Of a stretch of DNA of 64,000 bases, positions 1 to 9,899 are shown one piece after another; positions within the stretch are counted from its first letter, which is position 1, and each line of letters begins with the position of its first letter. Origin of the DNA: Candidatus Nezhaarchaeales archaeon. GTDB lineage: Archaea; Thermoproteota; Methanomethylicia; Nezhaarchaeales; WYZ-LMO8. Under the pieces are notes generated by a model that was given only the letters and a program-made list of their open reading frames with translations, did no database searches and was not told where the DNA came from. The stretch lies in assembly GCA_038887515.1 (NCBI GenBank), contig JAWAKK010000001.1, positions 128,001 through 192,000 of the forward strand, in the 5' to 3' direction. Position numbers and translations under genes: made by a program.

Positions 1-1187
1 CCATGGTCGACACCTCTGACACCGTAATAAATGCACGGCTTTTCGATATGGCCCTTTTGAAGGGCTTTTCTTGAAATCTTCACCATGTTTATCAGGTCTG
101 CTACGGTTACGTCCCTCCCGCCTATTCCGGCTATGAAATTGATCATGAAGGGTCTATCTACATCGTTGGCAAAGACCGACGCTACATCAGTAAAGAGGGG
201 CCCGCCAACAGCACCAAAAGATATTGATCTGTCCACTATAGTGAGTATCTTCGCATTTCTAAGCTTCTCTCTCCATATATTTGCCGGTATAGGCCTATAA
301 AGTCTAGGTCTAAATAACCCAACCTTTATCCCCATTTCGCGTAGTTTTTCTACAGCTACCCTAGCTGTACTGGCTATAGCGCCTAGGGCTATTAGCAGTA
401 TGTCAGCATCTTGAGACTCATACTCTTCGTAGATTCCGTAGCTAACACCAAATTTTTTCTCGTAATCTCTATCAACTTCCTCTAGAGCTCTTGGCGTTTT
501 CTCCAAGGCATCAACAAGCTGGTACTTGAACTCGTAAGTGTAATCTGGTAAGGCCATAATCCCCATGGTTATCGGCTTTTCAGGGTCAAGGATATTTGGC
601 CTCTCAATTCGGGGTAGAAAACTCAATACATCTTCTCTTCCCCTTACCTCTACAGGCTCGTAGGTATGGCTCAGAACGAAACCATCATAGCACACGCACA
701 CAGGTACTAAGATGTCACTTCTTTCAGCCAGCTTGTATGCTTGAATTATTGTGTCGTGTGCTTCTTGGGCGGAAGAAACATATATTTGAACCCAACCACA
801 ATCTCGAGAAGACATCATGTCTTGGTGATCGTTATGAATGTTAAGAGGCATCGAAAGGGTCCTGTTCGCCACGGCCATCACTATTGGTAATCTCATGCTC
901 GAAGCTATGAAGAGCACTTCATGCATTAGTGCAAGCCCTTGAGATGAAGTAGCTGTGAAGACTCTAGCTCCAACAGCCGAAGCACCTACTACAGCGCTTA
1001 GAGCGGAATGTTCGCTTTCAACATGTATGAACTCTGCTTCAAGCTCTCCTTCAGCTACAAACTCAGAGAGCTTCTCGACAACTGGCGTTTGAGGTGTTAT
1101 CGGATATGCCGCTATGACGTCTACGTCGCAATTTTTAACTGCATAGGCTACGGCATGGTTTGTCGATAAGGCCATTCTCTGGGACAT
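1..1187 (-). CDS. porA: Pyruvate/2-oxoacid:ferredoxin oxidoreductase alpha subunit (3' end runs off the window; probable porB ATG at 4..2)
   Basis: Manual translation from ATG 1187 gives MSQRMALSTNHAVAYAV..VIAAYPITPQT and ARVFTATSSQGLALMHE. The frame is also open at the window edge. Lies downstream of porG/porD. Confidence 0.93.
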   Translation of the reverse strand, partial: MSQRMALSTNHAVAYAVKNCDVDVIAAYPITPQTPVVEKLSEFVAEGELEAEFIHVESEHSALSAVVGASAVGARVFTATSSQGLALMHEVLFIASSMRLPIVMAVANRTLSMPLNIHNDHQDMMSSRDCGWVQIYVSSAQEAHDTIIQAYKLAERSDILVPVCVCYDGFVLSHTYEPVEVRGREDVLSFLPRIERPNILDPEKPITMGIMALPDYTYEFKYQLVDALEKTPRALEEVDRDYEKKFGVSYGIYEEYESQDADILLIALGAIASTARVAVEKLREMGIKVGLFRPRLYRPIPANIWREKLRNAKILTIVDRSISFGAVGGPLFTDVASVFANDVDRPFMINFIAGIGGRDVTVADLINMVKISRKALQKGHIEKPCIYYGVRGVDH

Positions 1188-1193
1188 TTCGCC

Positions 1194-1469
1194 TCACCTC
1201 CTCATAACTATCGCTTTCGAAGGACACTCGTTAGAACAGATACCGCAACCCTTACAGTACAAGTAATTAATTTTAGTGAACCCATCATCCTCTAGTTCTA
1301 TCGCCCCCTCGGGGCAGAAAATCCAACACAAATAGCACTTTATACACCTGCTTCTATCTATGACTGGAGTAAACGTTCTCCAACTAGAAGTTAGGTACTT
1401 TAAGGAAGAACCGGGTTCCGTATTGGTGGCACCGATCGGTATTTCATACCACTTTTTTAACGGCGTCAA
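1194..1469 (-). CDS. porD: 2-oxoacid:ferredoxin oxidoreductase delta subunit (2x[4Fe-4S])
   Basis: SWRTFTPVID, CIKCYLCWIFCP and CKGCGICSNECP motifs. Confidence 0.95.
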   Translation of the reverse strand: MTPLKKWYEIPIGATNTEPGSSLKYLTSSWRTFTPVIDRSRCIKCYLCWIFCPEGAIELEDDGFTKINYLYCKGCGICSNECPSKAIVMRR

Positions 1470-1473
1470 GCCC

Positions 1474-2040
1474 TCATAACCCTCCTATAATAGCCTCTTC
1501 AAAAGCTCTAACCATAGCTTTAAAATTCTTAGCTGCCAAAGCCGGAGGGAACCTTTTTTCTAAAACTTTAACCACGTTGTCTAAGCTCACGGTATCGATG
1601 GCCTTGACGACAGCTCCAACCATTGACGTATTGACTATGGGGGCCCCTATGATCTCTATAGCTATTGAAGTTGCATCGACGGTCACGACTTTTCCATTAA
1701 AACCTAACCTCTTGGCCACCTCATAGGGTTTTTGATTAATATTAACTATCAGCATACCGTTAGGTTTAAGGCCTGCCATCACGTCATCCCTTCCCCCTAC
1801 GTTCAATAAGCTTTCGTCAAGCACAACAACGACATCTGGTTCGTATATGAAAGACCTATTGTATATGGGCTTATCATTTATCCTCGTGTAAGCCTGTACT
1901 GGTGCCCCACGTCTCTCAGCGCCGAAGCTAGGAAAGGCTTGGGCCCACTTGCCTTCAATTATAGCCGCCGACGCTATAATCTCGGCGGCTGTGACCGCGC
2001 CTTGCCCCCCTCTTCCATGCCATCTTATCTCAACCGGCAT
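1474..2040 (-). CDS. porG: 2-oxoacid:ferredoxin oxidoreductase gamma subunit
   Basis: EIRWHGRGGQGAVTA and FPSFGAERRGAPV signatures. Confidence 0.96.
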   Translation of the reverse strand: MPVEIRWHGRGGQGAVTAAEIIASAAIIEGKWAQAFPSFGAERRGAPVQAYTRINDKPIYNRSFIYEPDVVVVLDESLLNVGGRDDVMAGLKPNGMLIVNINQKPYEVAKRLGFNGKVVTVDATSIAIEIIGAPIVNTSMVGAVVKAIDTVSLDNVVKVLEKRFPPALAAKNFKAMVRAFEEAIIGGL

Positions 2041-2158
2041 TTAAGGCCCCACCATACATTATCGATAAAGTGTCGCAGTATTAGTGTGGAAAGGAACATC
2101 ATGGACATTTAAGCTTTTTCTTAAATAAGAGGAATGATAGAAAACAATAATTTTGAAG

Positions 2159-2572
2159 TTACTTCTCTATCTTAATTCGACTTATGAGAAATTCGTTTCC
2201 AGCTATAAATTCGAAATCTGACTCTCCACATTTGGGACATGTTTCCTTAAAAAATGCTCTTAAATTATGATCTAAGTTCGTAGCCACTATTAGATGATCA
2301 ATGTACAGAGCCTTACTATAGACGTTTGACTCCCATTCTTCGCCACATCTATTACACCGAGCCATTGCCTTGACCGTATTTATGTTTAATTTTGCGCCTT
2401 CAACTATCGTTCCTTTGCTTAATACGCTGAAAGCAACCATTAACTGATCAGGGTTTAACAACGTAAGCTCACCAACATCGATATTAACTTCTAAAACCTT
2501 CTTGGCTCCATATCTCGAAGCAACTTCTAGCACAGCTTCGAGGATGTTTGATGCCATTGAAAGTTCGTGCAA
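2159..2572 (-). CDS. hypA: Hydrogenase nickel metallochaperone HypA
   Basis: TTG at 2572 gives the Ni-binding M-H-E N-terminus; CNRC and CPKC zinc sites. Confidence 0.92.
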   Translation of the reverse strand: MHELSMASNILEAVLEVASRYGAKKVLEVNIDVGELTLLNPDQLMVAFSVLSKGTIVEGAKLNINTVKAMARCNRCGEEWESNVYSKALYIDHLIVATNLDHNLRAFFKETCPKCGESDFEFIAGNEFLISRIKIEK

Positions 2573-2663
2573 TGTTATCACGCAGACTAGACGAGAAGAT
2601 TTTTAAACTATTGTTGTAGAAACCAAATTACATCGGATAAGCTTTTCGCGAGGTTTAAACGCC

Positions 2664-3332
2664 TTGACATTAGAGAGACCCTCCCCTGAAGCGGCAGTAT
2701 ACAGGTTACTAACCTTGATAAATGATCATAGTAAAAAACTTGGTGAGTCTTTCAAACAGCTTGAAGAAATGACGACATTGTATCTTGCTGGCAAGGCGAA
2801 TAAGAAGATTAAGGAGCTTGCTGATGCTATTAAGAATACTGAAAAGGAAGGTAACAAAATAAAGCTCCAAATCTTCGATTACTTGGCTAGAATTGGAGAG
2901 GCCTTAATGTATAGAGAAGACTGGATGAGATTAATCCTAAATCTTGATTCGATACTTGATTATGTCGATAGTATAGCTTATAGACTTTCGATAGCGGCTT
3001 CAAAGAAATGGCACCCAACGGCCGAAGTTGCTGACGGTATTAAACATCTCTTATCTCTAATCAGCGCGATGATCGATAAAATAAAACTCTCTCTTGGAAC
3101 CCTTCAAGTTAATGCTTTAAGAGTTCTGCAAATTTGCAACGAGTTAGAAGAAATGGAAAGAGAGGTCGACGAGCACCACAGAGAGTTAGGTTCAATCCTC
3201 CTTGAATCAAACGTTTCCACTCCAGCTTTAATGCTATTACATGAGATATGCGAGAGGCTTGAAGACCTAGCTGACATTGCATTGAAGACCGGTGATAGCC
3301 TTAGGCTTCTCGCTATGCATAGAGTTCCTTGA
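2664..3332 (+). CDS. DUF47 / PhoU-like phosphate transport regulator
   Basis: Two helical repeats with EKEGN/EREVD, REDW and ERLEDLAD patterns. Confidence 0.8.
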   Translation: MTLERPSPEAAVYRLLTLINDHSKKLGESFKQLEEMTTLYLAGKANKKIKELADAIKNTEKEGNKIKLQIFDYLARIGEALMYREDWMRLILNLDSILDYVDSIAYRLSIAASKKWHPTAEVADGIKHLLSLISAMIDKIKLSLGTLQVNALRVLQICNELEEMEREVDEHHRELGSILLESNVSTPALMLLHEICERLEDLADIALKTGDSLRLLAMHRVP

Positions 3333-4352
3333 CCCACCCTTCTTAAAGAGTTCAGAGAATACATCTGCTGAGTAAAGAGCTGTAATAGACCCTGTAACGG
3401 CCACTTCAAACCAGACGACGATTATCCTCGTCAATATAGACGCTGAAGAAGCTATAGCCGAGGGGATGCCTAGAGCTACGAACGTCGCGGTCATTGACGT
3501 CTCGACGACTCCTAACATCGCTGGTATCCCAATAGGTATCATGAGGGAGAGACTGTAAATGGGGTATGCTGCGGCGACGAGCGAGTAGGGGACTTCATGT
3601 CCAAGGGACATGAAGACTATGTAGGGTATTGTTATTGCAGCCGCCCACTGGCATATAAAGATTATAAAGGAAAGAAGTACAACGTAGGGTCTTGAAAACA
3701 TGGTATCGACGGCTTGGCAAAACTCGTTAATGTTGTACTTGATTAAGGCGTTTGAATAGTTACCTTTCTTAAACGCTTTCAATATTTTCTCTGAAACCTT
3801 ACGTAGAAATTCTTGAGCACCTTTAGACTTGCTAATGTACCTTATACAGAAGAGCCCACCACCCATAGTTATTAGTGCTAGCACAAGTATTGCTAGGAGC
3901 CCAATGTTGCTAGACTCAATGTTCCAAAAAAGTACAAGACCTACCATGAAGTAGAATATAAAGGCCATTAGATTGACTATTCTATGGACTATAATTGAAG
4001 CAAGAGCCTTATTAACTCCAATGTTCAACTTCTTTTTAGCTAAAGCTAACCTTATAGCCTCACCTGTAACAGTGCCTGTCGGTACCATTACGTCGCCGAA
4101 GAGACTTACCATTGCTACTGCTATACAACCCTTAAGCGGAACGCGTTTTTCAATGTTCTTTAACAGTACGTACCAACCGACGCCGAATAGCAACATAAAG
4201 GCAATGTCTAGAGGGAAGGCGAGAAGCAATAGCCAGAGATTAGCCTTGAGTATTTCAGCAATGATGTTTTCAGGCCCCATAATGAAAAGGTAGGCTACAA
4301 ATATCCAAATTCCTACGATGAGTAGGAGCAGAAACCTCATTGAGCTTTTCAA
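3267..4352 (-). CDS. UPF0104 / lysylphosphatidylglycerol-synthase-TM-like flippase-family membrane protein
   Basis: Multi-TM; P..TVTGEAIR and IPAMLGVVE motifs. Confidence 0.8.
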   Translation of the reverse strand: MKSSMRFLLLLIVGIWIFVAYLFIMGPENIIAEILKANLWLLLLAFPLDIAFMLLFGVGWYVLLKNIEKRVPLKGCIAVAMVSLFGDVMVPTGTVTGEAIRLALAKKKLNIGVNKALASIIVHRIVNLMAFIFYFMVGLVLFWNIESSNIGLLAILVLALITMGGGLFCIRYISKSKGAQEFLRKVSEKILKAFKKGNYSNALIKYNINEFCQAVDTMFSRPYVVLLSFIIFICQWAAAITIPYIVFMSLGHEVPYSLVAAAYPIYSLSLMIPIGIPAMLGVVETSMTATFVALGIPSAIASSASILTRIIVVWFEVAVTGSITALYSADVFSELFKKGGSRNSMHSEKPKAITGLQCNVS

Positions 4353-4444
4353 GCCGCTTCAACCCTGATGTTAGTGCTAGCGTTTATTTTTGCGTAAATC
4401 AACTTGATTTTTAGCTCTCTTATAACTTGCTGGGGGGGATCTAT

Positions 4445-5002
4445 GTGGAGGAAGTCAAGGCTCAAGCTCAGCTACTGAATGGAAGAGCTATAGTCTGGGA
4501 TGTTAAGCAGGCCGTTAAGTTGTATAAAGAAGGATTTTACGGGAAATTTGTCGGCGTCCCAAAAACAAAGGATCACGTGCCTGAAAAACCTTTAGAGCTC
4601 TCTTTAATTGAGACTTACTACTTGCTCGAAAAGGGCAGGATAAAAGTTTTCGACGAAAAAGGAAAGGAGCTTTCTCCGCGCGAACTCTATGATTACGCTA
4701 AGAATCGTTACGAAGACTTCGACTACAGGTACAAGGTCTATAAAGACTTAAGGGAAAGGGGGTACGTTGTGAGACCGGGGATGAAGTTCGGTTCCATGTA
4801 CGCTGTCTACAAGTATGGACCCGGTATAGATCACGCACCCTTCTTGGTACATGTTATGCCCATGGAGAGATCTATGGATCCAGTAGAAATAATAAGGGCG
4901 GGAAGGTTATCTCACAGCGTAAAGAAGCGCTTTATAATAGCAAGTATAGATCCAAAGACAGGGAAAGTTGATTATTGCGTTTTTTCCTGGTTTAAACCTT
5001 AA
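4445..5002 (+). CDS. endA: tRNA-intron (BHB) endonuclease, catalytic subunit
   Basis: VYKDLRERGYVVRPGMKFG, Y/H/K triad (YKYGPGIDHAP, HSVKK); GTG start after a G-rich RBS. Confidence 0.93.
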   Translation: MEEVKAQAQLLNGRAIVWDVKQAVKLYKEGFYGKFVGVPKTKDHVPEKPLELSLIETYYLLEKGRIKVFDEKGKELSPRELYDYAKNRYEDFDYRYKVYKDLRERGYVVRPGMKFGSMYAVYKYGPGIDHAPFLVHVMPMERSMDPVEIIRAGRLSHSVKKRFIIASIDPKTGKVDYCVFSWFKP

Positions 5003-5055
5003 ATTTACAAGTGGTACAAGATTTCAAGGAATGAAATACTTTCGGTGGTGCCTTA

Positions 5056-5478
5056 ATGAGTAAAATAAAAAAGATCTTGGTAGGAGTTGACGGCTCGGCA
5101 ACGTCGTACAGAGCAGTGGAGATGGCATTGGATCTAGCATCATCCTTAAATGCCAAGGTGACGGCTCTACACGTAGTTCCTTTACTATCAGTGGACTACA
5201 TGGCTCTGGGTCTTGGTTCCAACGCGAGTCCTGAAGACATAGATAAAAAGGTATTGCACGAGGTAAGGATTATGGCGTATTCGAAGAACGTTAAAGTCGA
5301 GACTATAATATTGAAAGGAAGACCATCGGAGGTCATAACTTCCGTAGCAGAAGGAGAAAATTATGATTTAATAGTTCTAGGAAATACTGGTGTGGGGGGA
5401 GCTTATAGGAGGATCATGGGAAGCGTTGTTGCTGAAGTAATCAACACAACTAAAAAACCCGTGCTTTTAGTAAAGTAG
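5056..5478 (+). CDS. Universal stress protein (UspA family)
   Basis: KILVGVDGS, DLIVLG..G and MGSV..V....KPVLLVK. Confidence 0.92.
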   Translation: MSKIKKILVGVDGSATSYRAVEMALDLASSLNAKVTALHVVPLLSVDYMALGLGSNASPEDIDKKVLHEVRIMAYSKNVKVETIILKGRPSEVITSVAEGENYDLIVLGNTGVGGAYRRIMGSVVAEVINTTKKPVLLVK

Positions 5479-5529
5479 GCTATAAGTGAAATAGTATGCT
5501 TAATAAATTCTATGTATAGGTTCACTTGA

Positions 5530-6207
5530 TCATGAACTACACCCAATAAACCCTCTTTTTAAAATTCTCTCTAATTCTCTAAGTATCTTCTTGCTGACTT
5601 CTTCGATGCTTCCGATGCCATTTATTACTAGCAACTTTCCTGTTCTCCTATAGTACTCAATTACCGGACTAGTCCTCTCAATATATACTCGGAACCTTTG
5701 TCGAACGACGTCTTCTCTGTCGTCCTCTCTTTGATAAAGATCACCTCCACATGAACTGCATTTAAGATCCTCTTTAGGAGGATTGAATTCAACGTGATAG
5801 ACAGCTCCGCACTGTTTGCATGTGAGTCTTCCACATAATCTTCTTACTATTTCGTCTTCGGGAACATCTAGATATATGGCAGCCGTTAGCTCGGTACCAG
5901 CCTCTTTTAACAATGTGTCAAGCTTTCGGGCCTGCACGACGTTCCTTGGATACCCATCGAGGATAAAGCCCCTCTCAATCTTGCCCTCTTTCAGCCACTT
6001 TTCAACGATCTTAATGACTACACTATCAGGTACGAGTTCGCCCTTCTCCATGTAGCTCTTAGCCAACCTTCCGAGCTCACTTCCACTTGCGACTTCCATT
6101 CTAAGCACGTCACCAGTAGACATAGAAGGCAGGCAGAGAACTTTTGAGAGCACCTTAACTTGAGTTCCTTTTCCAGCGCCGGGTGGTCCTAGAAATACAA
6201 GTCTCAT
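5530..6207 (-). CDS. adk: Adenylate kinase, bacterial-type with Zn-binding LID
   Basis: GPPGAGKGTQ, GELVPD, LDGYPR, CKQC..CSSC LID, QREDD. Confidence 0.95.
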   Translation of the reverse strand: MRLVFLGPPGAGKGTQVKVLSKVLCLPSMSTGDVLRMEVASGSELGRLAKSYMEKGELVPDSVVIKIVEKWLKEGKIERGFILDGYPRNVVQARKLDTLLKEAGTELTAAIYLDVPEDEIVRRLCGRLTCKQCGAVYHVEFNPPKEDLKCSSCGGDLYQREDDREDVVRQRFRVYIERTSPVIEYYRRTGKLLVINGIGSIEEVSKKILRELERILKRGFIGCSS

Positions 6208-6272
6208 GCTTAAATTCGTATTTTAAACGAGGTTTTTAATGTTTTCCTTAAAAAATTGAACCTCTATATCAG

Positions 6273-6953
6273 TTATGCCAAAAAGTTGCAATGAGACTTT
6301 CCATCCAATTGTTCTATAAGCTCAATGGCTTCACGAACAAGTTGCTCGCTATATCCCTCATGCCCCGCCACTTTATCTAGGAACCGTCGATACTTAACTG
6401 AAAGTGATCTATCTAACAATTCAAGCAACTCTTCGTCTGTTATGGCTAAGAGCGCTTTCTCTCTAGCTACTTTTAACCGAGCAAAGTTTCGAACGGCATG
6501 ATGAAGACTTCTCAAATGATCTTTCGGGTCTTTAGCCCTCAAGGCATTTACGAGATTCTTAAACCCCCAATACCTAAGCTTCATTATCGTGAGTTCTGTA
6601 ACTTTTGGTCTGCTCTTAAACTTTATTTGTTCAAAAAAACCGTCGTCATAAACAGCTTGACCCTCTAGCCATATCATATGAGCTAGAGGATCGCCATTAA
6701 AGTACATCTCTAAGAATTGACCACTTGTGAGCACTCCTAGTTCAAGGCTACCGTCCACGTCTTTGAAATTCTCTACACTTACATCCTCAAGCCTGTCAAC
6801 TATTAACACGACATCAACATCGCTCGTTCCGGGCTTAAAATGCCCCTTTCTAACAGCTGATCCAAATACTATGACGCTTTTAACCTTAAGATTTTTCTCC
6901 TTAATCTTATCCATCACTTTATTAATGACCTTCTCTGCATCTTGAGAAATCAA
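6273..6953 (-). CDS. Pol-beta-like nucleotidyltransferase (MNT) with C-terminal helical domain
   Basis: VIVFGSAVR..SDVDVVLI (hG[S]..DhD) motif. Confidence 0.75.
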   Translation of the reverse strand: MISQDAEKVINKVMDKIKEKNLKVKSVIVFGSAVRKGHFKPGTSDVDVVLIVDRLEDVSVENFKDVDGSLELGVLTSGQFLEMYFNGDPLAHMIWLEGQAVYDDGFFEQIKFKSRPKVTELTIMKLRYWGFKNLVNALRAKDPKDHLRSLHHAVRNFARLKVAREKALLAITDEELLELLDRSLSVKYRRFLDKVAGHEGYSEQLVREAIELIEQLDGKSHCNFLA

Positions 6954-7115
6954 TTTCCAACACCGGTAAAACCTATCTTCCCATTAGGAAGTAAATTAAA
7001 CCTTTAGTCGCTCCAAATATGATCGCAGTAGCATGCTAATTATATGCGTTTTTACTTTGCTTAAGCATGAGCGCTATAAAAACGTTTATCGAAAAGAGAT
7101 GTTCTTGTTTAAAAG

Positions 7116-8309
7116 GTGGGGTGTAAGGGAATAGTTGGGACATCATCAAGTAACTGTCTGGATAAAGCCGTGGAACTCCTCAAAAAGTTTTCAGATAGCC
7201 TGCCGCACATAGAAGCCTTATACATGTATGTCAATAAGGGATCGTTCAACATTCAATGTCTAGAAGAATTAGAAGCTAGGTGGCCCTCAATGGGTCTTAA
7301 GGCTTGGAGCGATGTAGAACGTGAAGCATCGAAGTACGAGCCTCAAATACTTGTTGGAGCGCTAAAGCATCAAATAGTAAAAGTTATAGAAGAAAGGTAT
7401 GGTGAACTTCTTTCGAGTGAAGTCTTCAAGAGAACTTCATTACTGAACTATGAGGAGCTTGCAGTAGTTGTAGCTTTTAGTAAGATGTGGGTTCAAGGCT
7501 TTAAGACCACTGATGAGGATGAACTATCAACAGCTCTTGAAGCCTGTCTAGGTATCCCAGGCGTAAAGGCAATTGAAATCTTGTGGAAAGTCGGTCTTGT
7601 TAATAGAGCTCATATACCTACAATCTCGAAATATAAGCCTAGGATTTACGTACCAGGTTACGTTAAACCAGTAATTGAAAAATACTCCCAATACTCTCTT
7701 CCACTTAAAGTAGAGATTAAGGCTTTACTTGAAAAAGCTTTAATTGAAGATCCTTTAAAAGTATGCGTGGCAGTATATGGAGTGGACCAGCTTATCGATG
7801 AATTAGTGCGATTGATGGTCGGTCTTCCTCTAAACTCCATAATGCATAAGTTCAACATCGAAGGCATTATGAGGGTCGGGAGGGTTTGTCCACTAATTGT
7901 TGATGACATTGAAAGGGCCTGGAGGCAGATTTTAGAGGATAAGTTCTCGGAGATCTTAAACCTGCTGTATAGAGCTTTCGAATCTTTAGGTTATACTTAT
8001 AGGACTACCTATGATGAGTCCATGAAACTTCCGGTAACATACGGCTATAGTAACGGCTTGCGGGTAGCGATGATATTAATGCCGGCAATATTACCATTAA
8101 ACCACGTTAGGAGTTTTAGCCCGGATGCAATTAAGGTAGTATTTACATCTAATCTAAATGCCCCACCCCGCGAAGCAATGGACTTTCTCAGACTTTCATC
8201 CATAGTGTACGTAGCAAATAGGGAGGCAACCATATACGGTAAAGAAGGTGTCGACTACTTGATGCAACTTCTCGAAGCAGGTGGCTTTAAAGTTGACGTT
8301 AAAACGTAA
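7116..8309 (+). CDS. Hypothetical protein (397 aa)
   Basis: Long ORF with protein-like composition; overlaps the rnhB start; no motif recognised. Confidence 0.7.
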   Translation: MGCKGIVGTSSSNCLDKAVELLKKFSDSLPHIEALYMYVNKGSFNIQCLEELEARWPSMGLKAWSDVEREASKYEPQILVGALKHQIVKVIEERYGELLSSEVFKRTSLLNYEELAVVVAFSKMWVQGFKTTDEDELSTALEACLGIPGVKAIEILWKVGLVNRAHIPTISKYKPRIYVPGYVKPVIEKYSQYSLPLKVEIKALLEKALIEDPLKVCVAVYGVDQLIDELVRLMVGLPLNSIMHKFNIEGIMRVGRVCPLIVDDIERAWRQILEDKFSEILNLLYRAFESLGYTYRTTYDESMKLPVTYGYSNGLRVAMILMPAILPLNHVRSFSPDAIKVVFTSNLNAPPREAMDFLRLSSIVYVANREATIYGKEGVDYLMQLLEAGGFKVDVKT

Positions 8310-8970
8310 TCGCGCTCTGTATGTAGGACTCGACGAGGCAGGTCGAGGTAGTTGTGTCGGACCACTAGTGGTATCATTAGTAGCAGTGGATGAAGAAAAT
8401 TTAGATAAGCTTACGAAGCTTGGAGTTAAGGATAGTAAGAAACTAACGTCCCGTAGAAGACTTGAGCTTTTTCCAGAAATATTATTGTCTTCTACTTACG
8501 TTGCCGTAAGGACTATCCAACCGCGAGAAATAGACATTTACAATATTAACGCCTTAACCATGAAGGCCATGTGCTCCCTAGTAAAGCCGATAACTAAACG
8601 TTACGCAATTAAGAGAGTTGTTGCGGACTGCGTTAACCCTGCGAGGAGACTCCAAAGGCTCATAAGGGGCTTACTACCTCCAAACGTCGAGGTACTGGTA
8701 GAAGAAGATGCTGACGATAAGTACACAGAATGTATGGCGGCTTCAATAATTGCCAAGGTGGTTAGAGACAACGAACTTCATAAGCTTAAAAACAAGCATG
8801 GAATTAAAGGTAGCGGATACTCCTCCGACCCAGAGACACTAGAGTGGTTAAAAGAGGTGTTGTCTCAAGGAGAGCTACCTATATGCGTTAGGAGATCCTG
8901 GAAGACCGTTAGAAGGCTCTATCCTGGCGTGACTCTCGATCGTTGGTTTGGACAAAACCAATGTGTTTAG
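8293..8970 (+). CDS. rnhB: Ribonuclease HII
   Basis: GLDEAGRG, VKDSKKL, AASIIAKVVRD, GSGY; C-terminal PIP-box-like TLDRWF; TTG start after AGGTGG. Confidence 0.95.
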   Translation: MTLKRNRALYVGLDEAGRGSCVGPLVVSLVAVDEENLDKLTKLGVKDSKKLTSRRRLELFPEILLSSTYVAVRTIQPREIDIYNINALTMKAMCSLVKPITKRYAIKRVVADCVNPARRLQRLIRGLLPPNVEVLVEEDADDKYTECMAASIIAKVVRDNELHKLKNKHGIKGSGYSSDPETLEWLKEVLSQGELPICVRRSWKTVRRLYPGVTLDRWFGQNQCV

Positions 8971-9274
8971 AAACTAGCTGTCTAGCTGTCTCTTCTATCT
9001 CCTTTTTAATATCATCACCTACGAACTTATCTTTATAATCTTGTGGTAGCAGATCCCATTCGTTATATAAGTATCGGAGGGGAGAGCTGAACGTCTCAAA
9101 TATCTTTCCCCAAACATACGTTACTCTATCTTTCGGTATTCCACATTCATCCACAAGCTTCTGGGCTACATCCCATGCTAGTTTCGCAATAGCAAAATAG
9201 TAGCCTTTAGCGTATTTTAGGAATGCTTGAAAGTCTGGCGAGTCAACTATTATGGGTTTAGCAGGTCTACTCAT
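8909..9274 (-). CDS. Hypothetical protein
   Basis: ATG 9274 with a G-rich RBS; helical, aromatic-rich; fills the gap between rnhB and the JAMM gene. Confidence 0.65.
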   Translation of the reverse strand: MSRPAKPIIVDSPDFQAFLKYAKGYYFAIAKLAWDVAQKLVDECGIPKDRVTYVWGKIFETFSSPLRYLYNEWDLLPQDYKDKFVGDDIKKEIEETARQLVSKHIGFVQTNDRESRQDRAF

Positions 9275-9374
9275 ATTACAGCCCCCAAGAGACTTAACGC
9301 TGCAGAGCATTTATATATAGAGAGCTCTGGGCATTGATGGTAACGTATAACCTAGTGGATCGTGGTGGCCCGTA

Positions 9375-9755
9375 TTGAAGGTTACGGAAGTAACCTTTCC
9401 AAGAGATCTATTTGAAGGGTTAGTTCAGCTGACAAAAGATAATCACCCTCATGAGATTTTTCTCCTCTTGAGAGGAAGGCTCGAGGACTGTAGGGCGCAA
9501 GTCGATGAACTAGTCTTCCCCCTAGGTACAACGTTTGGGTTAAGCTTCTCAAGCTTTCAGCCATATAATCTTCCCCTAGATACATCAATAATTGGTAACG
9601 TACATTCCCATCCATCAGGCATTTCAAAACCATCAATCCAAGATATGCATGCTTTCTACGGGATAGTAATGGTAATATTGGCCTATCCTTACGATTTAGC
9701 ATCATCATCGGCTTACGATAGATCAGGCAAAGCTATAAGGATAAAATTGATTTAG
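9375..9755 (+). CDS. JAMM/MPN+ metalloprotease
   Basis: E..(HPHE), HSHPSG..PS..D motif. Confidence 0.88.
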   Translation: MKVTEVTFPRDLFEGLVQLTKDNHPHEIFLLLRGRLEDCRAQVDELVFPLGTTFGLSFSSFQPYNLPLDTSIIGNVHSHPSGISKPSIQDMHAFYGIVMVILAYPYDLASSSAYDRSGKAIRIKLI

Positions 9756-9899
9756 TAAACTAAAGGTTTAGTCTTCTCGTCCAATGGTTTATCCAAGCTA
9801 TACTTTAAAGTTCAAGTACGAAGGAGCATAAACTTTTATTTTAATAATTCCAAAACATTTTATCTTTAAAATACTTAAAATACGTGAGTGGGCGGCTCT

